64,000 bases of DNA from a bacterium (GTDB lineage: Bacteria > Actinomycetota > Acidimicrobiia > Acidimicrobiales > Bin134). The position numbers and the translations under genes were made by a program. The stretch is from positions 8,429 to 72,428 of the forward strand of contig JAPOVT010000043.1 of assembly GCA_026708015.1 (NCBI GenBank), in the 5' to 3' direction. Shown piece by piece: positions 26,275 to 34,351 of this stretch; the stretch's first letter is position 1; each line of letters begins with the position of its first letter. The notes beneath the pieces were generated by a model that searched no databases, was not told the origin of the DNA, and was given only the letters and a program-made list of their open reading frames with translations.

Positions 26275-27786
26275 ATGAACCTGATGATGCTGCTGGAGAT
26301 GGCCTCCAGCGGTTTCGGCGACCGCACCGCGGTTGGATCCCAGGGGCAGGGGCTTACCTACGAGCAGCTGTTCCAGCGGTCCGGCGCCGCCGCAACCCAC
26401 TTCAGGGAGGCGGGCATCGACCGGGTCAGCCTGGTGGATGTCAGCAGCGAGGCTCTGCCCATAGCGCTCTTCGGCTCGGCTTGGGCCGGAGTGCCGTTCG
26501 TTCCCCTCAACTACCGGCTGACGGTGCCCGAGCTGCGCCATTTGGCCGCCGAAGTAGCTCCCTCGGTCACGGTGTGCAATGACGACGCCCTGTTGGCCAT
26601 CGGCGACCTTGACGGCGTGCGAGCGGTTGTGCGGCCCGATTTCCTGTCCCAATGGGCCGAAGGCAGCGCCCCTGACAGCGACTGGAACGTCGATCCGGAC
26701 GAAATCGCCATCCTCCTCTACACCAGCGGCACCACCGGAGCGCCCAAGGCCGCGGTACTGCGTCACAAGCACTTGGTGTCGTACATCATCGGCTCGGTGG
26801 AGTTCATGGGGGCGTCCGAAGACGAGGCCACCCTGGTGTCGGTACCCCCCTATCACGTGGCCGGCATGGCCGCGATCTTGAGCTCGGTGTACGCCGGGCG
26901 CCGCATCGTGCAACTTCCCAACTTCGACGCCGCCGACTGGGTGAACCTGGTCCGTGCCGAGGGTGTCACCCATGCCATGGTGGTGCCCACCATGCTGGCC
27001 CGCATCGTGGACCACTTGGAGGACGTCGGAGGCGGGCTCCCCTCGCTGCGGGCCTTGTCGTATGGCGGCGGCAAGATGCCCGCTCCGGTCATCGCCCGAG
27101 CACTGGAGTTGCTGCCCGAGACCAACTTCGTGAACGCCTACGGCCTCACCGAGACCAGCTCCACGGTGGCCGTGCTCGGCCCCGATGAGCACCGCGAAGC
27201 CCACCGCTCCGACGATCCCGCCGTGCGGGCCAGGCTGGGCTCGGCGGGCCGACCGCTGCCCGCCATCGAGGTGGACATCCGCGACGACGAGGGCGAACCG
27301 GTTCCCACCGGCACCTCCGGCGAGATCTGGGTACGAGGCGAGCAGGTTTCAGGCGAATACCTGGGGCGGAACACCCGGGTCACCCCCGACGGCTGGTTCC
27401 CCACCAACGACGGCGGCTCGCTCGATGACGACGGCTACCTGTTCGTGGAAGGCCGCATCGACGACATCATCGTGAGGGGCGGGGAGAACATCTCCCCCGG
27501 CGAGATCGAAGACGTGCTGTTGAGCCACCACTCGGTGGCCGACGCCGCCGCGGTCGGCGTGCCCGACGAGCAGTGGGGCGAGGCGGTGGCCGCGGTGGTG
27601 GTGCCCGCCAAAGGGCAAACGGTGGACATCGCCGAACTCCAGGAGTTCGTGAAGACTCAGATGAGGTCGTCACGCACCCCGGACCGCATCGAGGTGCGCG
27701 ACGAGCTGCCCTACAACGAGACCGGCAAGCTCTTGCGCCGGATCCTAAGAGATGAGCTCGCCAGTTCAAACGACAGGTCTGGCTGA
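26275..27786 (+). CDS. AMP-dependent acyl-CoA synthetase/ligase
   Basis: LLYTSGTTGAPKAAVL AMP-binding motif, YGLTET and GWFPTNDGG motifs. Confidence 0.9.
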   Translation: MNLMMLLEMASSGFGDRTAVGSQGQGLTYEQLFQRSGAAATHFREAGIDRVSLVDVSSEALPIALFGSAWAGVPFVPLNYRLTVPELRHLAAEVAPSVTVCNDDALLAIGDLDGVRAVVRPDFLSQWAEGSAPDSDWNVDPDEIAILLYTSGTTGAPKAAVLRHKHLVSYIIGSVEFMGASEDEATLVSVPPYHVAGMAAILSSVYAGRRIVQLPNFDAADWVNLVRAEGVTHAMVVPTMLARIVDHLEDVGGGLPSLRALSYGGGKMPAPVIARALELLPETNFVNAYGLTETSSTVAVLGPDEHREAHRSDDPAVRARLGSAGRPLPAIEVDIRDDEGEPVPTGTSGEIWVRGEQVSGEYLGRNTRVTPDGWFPTNDGGSLDDDGYLFVEGRIDDIIVRGGENISPGEIEDVLLSHHSVADAAAVGVPDEQWGEAVAAVVVPAKGQTVDIAELQEFVKTQMRSSRTPDRIEVRDELPYNETGKLLRRILRDELASSNDRSG

Positions 27787-28807
27787 GGCCAGGTCGCTGC
27801 TGTCGCTCCCCTACGCCGGGGAGGACTATGGACTGGCCGACTGCCCGGTGATTCTCGTCGAGCTGACCGCGGCCGACCTGTCGCAATGGCCGTCGCCCGA
27901 AACAGCCGATCTGGTGAAGAGCACCCCCGCTGTGATCGTGGCCTCCGTGCCCGACGACCGGGACCCCGCCGATGCCCCAAAGCTGGCCGAGATCTGCGAC
28001 CCCTTCGACATCGTGCTCGCCTCTGGCGACCTCGAAGTACCGCTGGCCGTGGCCGCCGACGAGGTCGACCAGATCGCGGCCGCGGCAGCAGCATCGCCCG
28101 CCGCGGCAGTGGCCCTGGTCCAGCTCCTGCGCCTGAGCCGAGACCGCTCCACCGCCGACGGGCTGGTGGCCGAGTCACTGGCCTACTCCACCCTTCAGTC
28201 CGGCCCCCAGTTCCAAGGTTGGCTGGCCTCCCAGCCCAGCCGTCTGGTTCCCGACAACCCCGAGCCCGCCGTGCTGGCCGAGCGCGCCGGATCAACCCTG
28301 CGGCTCACCCTCAACCGGCCCGAGCGCCACAACGCCTTCAGCGCCGAAATGCGCGACGGGCTGGTGGAACAGCTTCGGGCCGCATGGGCCGACCCCACCC
28401 TCGACGGCATCGTGCTCGAGGGTGCCGGGCCCACGTTCTGCTCCGGCGGCGATCTGGCCGAGTTCGGCACCACTCCCGACCCCGGCACCGCCCATCGGGT
28501 CCGCTCGGTGCGCAGCGCCGCCTTCTGGATCGACCGGCTGGCCGCCAAGACCCGGGCCATGGTCCACGGCACCTGTGTCGGCGCCGGCGTGGAGCTGCCT
28601 GCCTACGCCCACGACGTGGCCGCCCACCCCGACACCACCTTCCGCTTGCCCGAGGTGGCCATGGGCTTGGTTCCCGGTGCGGGCGGCACCGTCAGCATCG
28701 CCCGCCGCATCGGCCGCCAGCGCCTGTGCTACTTCGCCCTCACCAACACCGAGATCGACGCCACCGCCGCCCTGAGCTGGGGCCTCATCGACCGCATCGA
28801 GGGCTGA
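27752..28807 (+). CDS. Enoyl-CoA hydratase/isomerase family protein with ~180-aa N-terminal extension
   Basis: The C-terminal half has LTLNRPERHNAF...GAGPTFCSGGDL and a crotonase core. The start is uncertain (35-nt overlap with the upstream gene). Confidence 0.8.
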   Translation: MSSPVQTTGLAEARSLLSLPYAGEDYGLADCPVILVELTAADLSQWPSPETADLVKSTPAVIVASVPDDRDPADAPKLAEICDPFDIVLASGDLEVPLAVAADEVDQIAAAAAASPAAAVALVQLLRLSRDRSTADGLVAESLAYSTLQSGPQFQGWLASQPSRLVPDNPEPAVLAERAGSTLRLTLNRPERHNAFSAEMRDGLVEQLRAAWADPTLDGIVLEGAGPTFCSGGDLAEFGTTPDPGTAHRVRSVRSAAFWIDRLAAKTRAMVHGTCVGAGVELPAYAHDVAAHPDTTFRLPEVAMGLVPGAGGTVSIARRIGRQRLCYFALTNTEIDATAALSWGLIDRIEG

Positions 28808-28849
28808 GACGGAGTCATCCGCCAGTCGATGTCAGAGTTATGGCAGCAA

Positions 28850-29140
28850 CTAGGCCGACTCTGGAACGTCGAGAAATTGTCGCAAGGCTTCCCGGTGGAC
28901 ACTGCTGACCGTCATGCCATCCTTCTCCGCTCTTGCAGAAATGGCAGCCCGGAGCTCAGCTTCGATCCGTACCGTCACAACCTCCAAAGGCTCAGAACCC
29001 ATGGGTGGGCGCCCCCGCCGGCGAGCACGAAGCGCCTCAACGTCGTAGTCGGTTGTCTCTACCTCGACAGCAATGCTCTCTACGTCATCGTCAGTGAGCG
29101 CCCGTCCGGTTTGTGTTTGGTATGTCTTCTCGTTGGTCAT
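28850..29140 (-). CDS. Ribbon-helix-helix (CopG-like) antitoxin candidate
   Basis: C-terminal VTVRIEAELRAAISARAEKDGMTVSSVHREALRQFL RHH pattern. 4-nt overlap with the upstream small gene. Confidence 0.75.
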   Translation of the reverse strand: MTNEKTYQTQTGRALTDDDVESIAVEVETTDYDVEALRARRRGRPPMGSEPLEVVTVRIEAELRAAISARAEKDGMTVSSVHREALRQFLDVPESA

Positions 29141-29403
29141 TCCTGTTCTTCCCGCTTTGCAAGCTCCAAGAGTGTGAAATACGCAGGCCTGAGGGCCATG
29201 GCGTGGATTACAAGCCGCTCCCCGTCGCTCAACTCAAGCCAAATCATCTCCAGCATGTTGCCGGAGGGGTCCGGTCCGATTGCCAGGACCCTGGGAGGGT
29301 CTCCCTCAGAGTCCAAGTCAAAGACGGCCATGGCATGGTCAAGAGCATGAAGTATTTCTTGATCGCCGAATCCATGCTTTTTCGCCGAGCTGTGGATCTC
29401 CAC
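29137..29403 (-). CDS. Putative toxin partner (88 aa, uncharacterised family)
   Basis: Small ORF translationally coupled to the RHH gene. MEIHSSAKKHGFGDQEILHAL...IHAMALRPAYF recalls actinobacterial two-gene TA-like pairs. Family not named. Confidence 0.65.
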   Translation of the reverse strand: MEIHSSAKKHGFGDQEILHALDHAMAVFDLDSEGDPPRVLAIGPDPSGNMLEMIWLELSDGERLVIHAMALRPAYFTLLELAKREEQE

Positions 29404-29446
29404 ACTCGATTATTGTATTACGAAATTGGAGGATTTCAACCGAAGG

Positions 29447-30184
29447 CTAGAAGAGGCTGGGGACGCCCAACTCGGTTCCGCCGGTGACGGGGAGGGTGGC
29501 GCCGGTGATGTAGGCGGCTTTGGGGGAGGCCAGAAAGACGATGGCGTGGGCCACGTCTTCGGGTTCGCCCATGCGGCCCAGCGGGTAGCGGCGGCCGAAG
29601 TCGGCCTTCTCCTCGGGCGTCATCGAAGCGGTGAGGTGCATAGTGTCGATGGGGCCGGGGGCCACCGCGTTGACCCTCACATCGGGGCCATACTCGGCGG
29701 CCAAGTCCCTGGTCATGGCGACCACCCCGGCTTTGGCAGATGCGTAGGCCACATGCGGGGTGGTGAATCGCATCGCGGCGATGGAGGCCACGTTCACCAC
29801 GTTGCCCCTGGCCTCGGCCAGCGCGGGATAAGCCCGGCGGATGAGCAGGAAGAACGAGCGCAGGTTGGTGGAGAGCTGGTCGTCCCACTCCTCGGGGGTG
29901 ATCTCGGCGGTGGGCTTGAGCACCCATACCCCGGCGTTGTTCACCAGCACGTCGAGGCGCCCGAAGGCAGCCAGAGTGTCGTCGATGATGGCGTGGGCAT
30001 CGCCGGTGTCGCCCACATCTCCGCCCAGTCGCAGCGACAGTTCTTCCACATCGTTGAGGGCCTCGGCATTTAGGTCAGCCCCTACGACCGTCGCCCCGGC
30101 TTCGGCGAACTCAACCGCCGTGGTCCGCCCTATGCCCCGGGCTGCGCCGGTGACGATCACCACCTTGTCGGCGAATTCGGCCAC
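29447..30184 (-). CDS. SDR family oxidoreductase
   Basis: Start set at the GTG at 30184 (track ATG at 30265 would overlap the thiolase). TGAARGIG and YASAK motifs. Confidence 0.85.
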   Translation of the reverse strand: MAEFADKVVIVTGAARGIGRTTAVEFAEAGATVVGADLNAEALNDVEELSLRLGGDVGDTGDAHAIIDDTLAAFGRLDVLVNNAGVWVLKPTAEITPEEWDDQLSTNLRSFFLLIRRAYPALAEARGNVVNVASIAAMRFTTPHVAYASAKAGVVAMTRDLAAEYGPDVRVNAVAPGPIDTMHLTASMTPEEKADFGRRYPLGRMGEPEDVAHAIVFLASPKAAYITGATLPVTGGTELGVPSLF

Positions 30185-30191
30185 GCCCCGA

Positions 30192-31349
30192 CTACAAGCG
30201 CTCGATGATGGTGACGTTGGCCTGGCCGCCGCCTTCGCACATGGTCTGCAAGCCGTAGCGGCCACCGGTGCGCTCCAGCTCGTTCAACAGGGTGGTCATC
30301 AGCCGGGCCCCGGTGGCCCCCAGGGGGTGGCCCAGAGCGATGGCCCCGCCGTTCACGTTGACCTTCTCGTGGGGCACGTCGTGCTCGCCCATCCAGGCCA
30401 GCACCACCGGGGCGAAAGCCTCGTTGCACTCGAACAGGTCGATGTCGTCGATGGTCATGCCGGTTCGGGCCAGTGCATATTCGGTGGCCGGGATGGGGCC
30501 GGTAAGCATGAAGATGGGATCGGCGCCCCGCACCGACATGTGGTGGAAGCGGGCCCGGGGCTTCAACCCGTGGTCGGAAACCGCCTGCTCTCCGGCGATC
30601 AGCATGGCACAGCCCGCATCGGAGATCTGGCTGGACACCGCGGCGGTCAGCCGCCCGCCCTCGGCCAACGGCGACAGGCTGGCCATCTTCTCCAAGGTGG
30701 TGCCCCGCCGTATGCCCTCGTCGAACTCCAGGTCAGCCAGGGGCAGTATCTCGTTGGCAAACCGGCCCTCGTCGGTGGCGGTGGCCGCCCGCTCGTGGCT
30801 GGCCAGCGCGAACTCCTCCATCTGCTCACGGCTGATGTCCCAGTGCTCGGCGATCAGCTCAGCGCCCCGGAACTGCGACACCTCCTGGGTGCCGTAGCGA
30901 TCAACCCAGCCGTCGGAACCGGTGAAGGGGTCGGGGTCTTCCACCCCCACATGCTGGGCCACCTCCATGGCCGAGCCGATGGGAATCATGCTCATGTTCT
31001 GCACGCCGCCGGCCACTACCATGTCGTTCACCCCGGCCATCACCGCCTGAGCGGCGAAGTGGACGGCCTGCTGGGCCGATCCGCACTGGCGGTCGATGGT
31101 GGTTCCGGGAACGTGTTCGGGCAGTCCGGCGGCCAGCCAGGCGGTGCGGGCGATGTCGCCGGCCTGGGGGCCGAGGGCGTCCACACAGCCGTACATCACG
31201 TCGTCCACCGCAGCCGGGTCGACACCGGTGCGATCGAGAAGCCCGAGGATGGGATGGGCCCCCAAGTCCGCGGGGTGGATCTCCGAGAGGCTGCCGCCCC
31301 GTCGTCCCACCGGGGTGCGGACCGCGTCGATGATGTATGCCTCAGCCAT
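30192..31349 (-). CDS. Acetyl-CoA C-acyltransferase (thiolase)
   Basis: IDRQCGSAQQA active-site Cys region, NVNGGAIALGHPLGATG and CEGGGQA C-terminal motifs. Confidence 0.95.
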   Translation of the reverse strand: MAEAYIIDAVRTPVGRRGGSLSEIHPADLGAHPILGLLDRTGVDPAAVDDVMYGCVDALGPQAGDIARTAWLAAGLPEHVPGTTIDRQCGSAQQAVHFAAQAVMAGVNDMVVAGGVQNMSMIPIGSAMEVAQHVGVEDPDPFTGSDGWVDRYGTQEVSQFRGAELIAEHWDISREQMEEFALASHERAATATDEGRFANEILPLADLEFDEGIRRGTTLEKMASLSPLAEGGRLTAAVSSQISDAGCAMLIAGEQAVSDHGLKPRARFHHMSVRGADPIFMLTGPIPATEYALARTGMTIDDIDLFECNEAFAPVVLAWMGEHDVPHEKVNVNGGAIALGHPLGATGARLMTTLLNELERTGGRYGLQTMCEGGGQANVTIIERL

Positions 31350-31376
31350 GGCTGCTCCTCTTTCCGATACTTGAAA

Positions 31377-31512
31377 TCATCGCGGTTCTCGGGGAAGGCC
31401 CAACAATTTGGCTTGCCAATTACCGCGGTTCTCTCGGCAGCCCGAACAAGTTGGTTCGCTCTGGCCTCATCCAATTACCTCGGTTCGCGAGGAAGCCCCA
31501 AGACTCGCTCAC
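31377..31512 (-). repeat. Three tandem degenerate copies of the ACAD 3' terminus, each encoding (L/F)GLPREPR-stop (stops at 31475, 31420, 31377)
   Basis: Translations are ERVLGLPREPR*, TNLFGLPREPR* and AKLLGLPREPR*. The copies differ mostly at synonymous codon positions. Confidence 0.7.
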
Positions 31513-32665
31513 CGATGATGTTCCGCTGAATCTCATTCGATCCGGCATAGATGGTGTGGGCTCGGCTGTACAGGAACGTGCGCTGCCATGGGTCCAGCGA
31601 GTAGTCCTCACCGTCGTCAACCGCAACCGCCATGGCGTCCGCCCCCCGCACCCCCACCATCAACTCGCCCAGCGAGCGGTGCCAGTTGGACCACAACAGC
31701 TTGCCGATGGACATTTCCGGCCCCGGCACCCCACCGGCGTCCACCACGGTGAGCATCCGCAGGTTGTTGTACCGCATGATCTCCAATGTGGCGTAGGCCT
31801 GGGACAGCTCCTGACGGATCACCAAATCATCAGCGGTGCCGTTGGCCCGGGCCTCGGCCAGCAGCGCGTCTAGTTCCTGGCGGAAGTAGGTCTGCTGGCC
31901 CAGCGTTGAGGCCCCCCGCTCGAAGGCCAGCGTGCCCATGGCCACCTCCCAGCCCCGGCCCACTTGCCCCACCACCAGATCGGCATTGGTCACCGCATCG
32001 TCGAAGAACACCTCGTTGAACTCGGTACCGCCGGTGATCTGCACGATGGGGCGAATCTCGATCCCCGGCTGGTCCATGGGCACCAACAGGTAGGAGAGCC
32101 CGGCGTGGCGGGCCGAGTCGGGATCAGTGCGGCACACCACGAAGCACCAGTCGGAGTATTGGGCCAGCGAGGTCCAGATCTTCTGGCCGTTGACCACCCA
32201 CCGATCACCGTCGAGCACCGCTTTGGTGCCCACGTTGGCCAAATCCGACCCGGCATTGGGCTCGGAATAGCCCTGGCACCAGAACTCCTCGCCCGACAGG
32301 ATCGGCGGCACGAACCGCTCCTGCTGCTCAGGGGTGCCGTAGGCCACCAGAGTCGGTCCCAGCAGCGTGACCCCCATGTTGGGCAGCCGCCCTGGTGCCC
32401 GGGCCTCCACGTAGGTCTGGTGGAACAGCACCTGCTCCGACAGGCTGCACTCCCGGCCCCCCAAGTGGGCGGGAAAGTCGATGCCCAGCCAGCCGCCGCC
32501 GGCCAGCTCGCGTTCCCAGGCAATCTGCTGTTCGGCGGGAATGTCCTCTTGACCCATCCCGCCCCGGCCCCGCAGCCCGGCGAACTCCCCCACCAAGTGC
32601 TCCTCCAGCCACGTCCGCACCTCGTCGCGGAAGTCCCGCTCCGCGGGAGTCAGGTCGAAATCCAT
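31475..32665 (-). CDS. Acyl-CoA dehydrogenase
   Basis: Track ORF 31475..32692; start at the ATG at 32665 (MDFDLTPAERDFRDEV). Typical ACAD layout with GGTEFNE and IYAGSNEIQRNIIG motifs. Confidence 0.9.
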   Translation of the reverse strand: MDFDLTPAERDFRDEVRTWLEEHLVGEFAGLRGRGGMGQEDIPAEQQIAWERELAGGGWLGIDFPAHLGGRECSLSEQVLFHQTYVEARAPGRLPNMGVTLLGPTLVAYGTPEQQERFVPPILSGEEFWCQGYSEPNAGSDLANVGTKAVLDGDRWVVNGQKIWTSLAQYSDWCFVVCRTDPDSARHAGLSYLLVPMDQPGIEIRPIVQITGGTEFNEVFFDDAVTNADLVVGQVGRGWEVAMGTLAFERGASTLGQQTYFRQELDALLAEARANGTADDLVIRQELSQAYATLEIMRYNNLRMLTVVDAGGVPGPEMSIGKLLWSNWHRSLGELMVGVRGADAMAVAVDDGEDYSLDPWQRTFLYSRAHTIYAGSNEIQRNIIGERVLGLPREPR

Positions 32666-32772
32666 CTGCCGGAAATCTACTGGCGGCCACACCGGGTAGA
32701 CGACCCGCCTCTCAGATCAGACAGCACCTGACCGACGCAGGGATGACATACGGGATTTGCCAAAATGTCGCG

Positions 32773-33669
32773 ATGATCGTCAAGAAATTCAAAGAGGCTG
32801 CCCACAACCAAGACCCACGTATACAGGCCGGAATCGCCGCCGAGAAACAAATGGCCCACTATCTGCACCGATTTTTCTCTGATGATCCGAACATCTTCGT
32901 TCTGCACGGCTTGCGGCTCGAGGACCCCGCCCAACCAGAGCACGATGACTCCACCGGAGTGTGCCAGATCGATCACCTGCTCGTACACCGCTTTGGGTTC
33001 TTCATCATCGAGTGCAAATCCGTGACAGGAGAGGTACAAGTGCGGTCTGATGGCTCGGGAGGAGATGAGTGGACCCGTGTCAACGACCACTGCGAGACGG
33101 GAATGCCCTCGCCAATTCAGCAAGCGCGGAGGCAGTCGGAGTTCCTTAGAAAGTTCCTGTACCAGCATGCGGAAGAACTTGTTGGGAGACTTCCATTCGG
33201 GATTCGCACTGTCGCCAGGCTCATTTACGGAACGGATCAGCGCGGCTTCGCAAGAGCCCCAATCCAAACCATTGTTGCTGTGTCCGACAAGGGAACGATA
33301 AAGAGGATTGATGGATGGAAGGAGCCCCAAGAGCCATTTCGAGTGTTCGTGGCCAAAGCTGATCAAGTGCCTGACAAGATCAACCAGGAACTCAAGCTGC
33401 ACAGTCGCAACGCGAAGCTGACCAAGATAAGGGGTCAGGGGGATTACGGGATTTGGAACATGAAGAAGCCAGAGGCCCGGACTGTGGCTAGATTTCTTGC
33501 CGAGCGGCATGTTGGTCGCATCGGTGTTGCGGATGCACGGCCTGCACTTGCGCAATGCATGCATTGCGGTTCAGAGAAATTAGAAGCGCGAAGGCGGACG
33601 CGGCCCTACTACAACGATTACTGGCAGTGCAGTGTGTGCCACGAGAACACGCCGATGCCTGCGGAGTGA
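32773..33669 (+). CDS. NERD (nuclease-related domain) protein with C-terminal CxxC...CxxC zinc ribbon
   Basis: AAEKQMAHYL...CQIDHLLVHRFGFFIIECKSVTGEV NERD core; CMHCGS...CSVCHE. The start could be 32743. Lower-GC segment. Confidence 0.8.
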   Translation: MIVKKFKEAAHNQDPRIQAGIAAEKQMAHYLHRFFSDDPNIFVLHGLRLEDPAQPEHDDSTGVCQIDHLLVHRFGFFIIECKSVTGEVQVRSDGSGGDEWTRVNDHCETGMPSPIQQARRQSEFLRKFLYQHAEELVGRLPFGIRTVARLIYGTDQRGFARAPIQTIVAVSDKGTIKRIDGWKEPQEPFRVFVAKADQVPDKINQELKLHSRNAKLTKIRGQGDYGIWNMKKPEARTVARFLAERHVGRIGVADARPALAQCMHCGSEKLEARRRTRPYYNDYWQCSVCHENTPMPAE

Positions 33670-33929
33670 CCCTGCCTGTGGGTCAACGCAAAAGGGTTAC
33701 AAGAAGGCACAAATTGGCAGGGAGATGGGGCAGTACTTCCTGGATTGCGAAGCCTGTGGGACTTCCGAACCAATTTGGGCTGAAAGCTGAATGGGAGGGT
33801 GCTCTCCGGGCTGTGAACAACCTCTTGGGTGGTGAGGGCAGCGTTCGCTACGGTGCATGAGCAAGGGAAAGCGAACGGCTTGACCCCCGTCGGGGAGTTC
33901 GAGCCAACGGATAGCAGGGAGACGCAGAC

Positions 33930-34121
33930 GTGGCGACGACGAAGATGGTCTACTGGCAAGAAGACGAATGGTGGCTCGGGTATCTGGAGGAATTCCCCGA
34001 CTATTGGACGCAGGGTGAGACGTTGGACGAACTCAAGCAGCATCTGCGCGACCTCTACGCCGACCTGACTAGCGGCGAGCTTCCCGGGGTACGCCGAGTC
34101 GCCGACCTCACGCTGGCATGA
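33930..34121 (+). CDS. hicB: HicB family antitoxin (short form)
   Basis: WWLGYLEEFPDYWTQGETLDELKQHLRDLY matches the HicB N-domain pattern. It lies directly upstream of hicA. Confidence 0.75.
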   Translation: MATTKMVYWQEDEWWLGYLEEFPDYWTQGETLDELKQHLRDLYADLTSGELPGVRRVADLTLA

Positions 34122-34136
34122 TCACCCCGCCCAGGC

Positions 34137-34322
34137 ATGAAGCGGGTTGACCTGATCAAGCAGATTCAAGCGTCCGGCGCCGTCCTGGTTCGGCATGGCT
34201 CCAAGCACGACTGGTACCGCAATCCCGTAACTGGTGCCTATCAGCCCGTGCCCCGCCACCGAGAAATCAACGAAAGGCTGGCTAGGCACATCATCAAACA
34301 ACTCAGCACGTCTGAGGACTGA
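34137..34322 (+). CDS. hicA: HicA family mRNA interferase toxin
   Basis: MKRVDLIKQIQASGAVLVRHGSKHDWYRNP...VPRHREI matches the HicA/YcfA pattern. Confidence 0.85.
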   Translation: MKRVDLIKQIQASGAVLVRHGSKHDWYRNPVTGAYQPVPRHREINERLARHIIKQLSTSED

Positions 34323-34351
34323 CGGGCCAGTACTGCTGGGGGATCTGGGAA

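Noticed and set aside
25789-27204. 471-aa minus-strand ORF antisense to the acyl-CoA synthetase. Similar long shadows occur at 13707..14750, 29841..31529, 42445..43641, 43434..44693, 50907..52256, 53069..54412, 54406..55725 and 5515..6393.
   Set aside because: All overlap genes with clear family motifs on the other strand or frame. Their translations are G/R/P/H-rich with no recognisable motifs.
25897-27786. The small ORF and the acyl-CoA synthetase are in the same frame; considered stop-codon readthrough
   Set aside because: The separating stop is TAG, not TGA. The intervening codons are not coding-like and the synthetase has its own normal N-terminus. The shared frame is coincidental.
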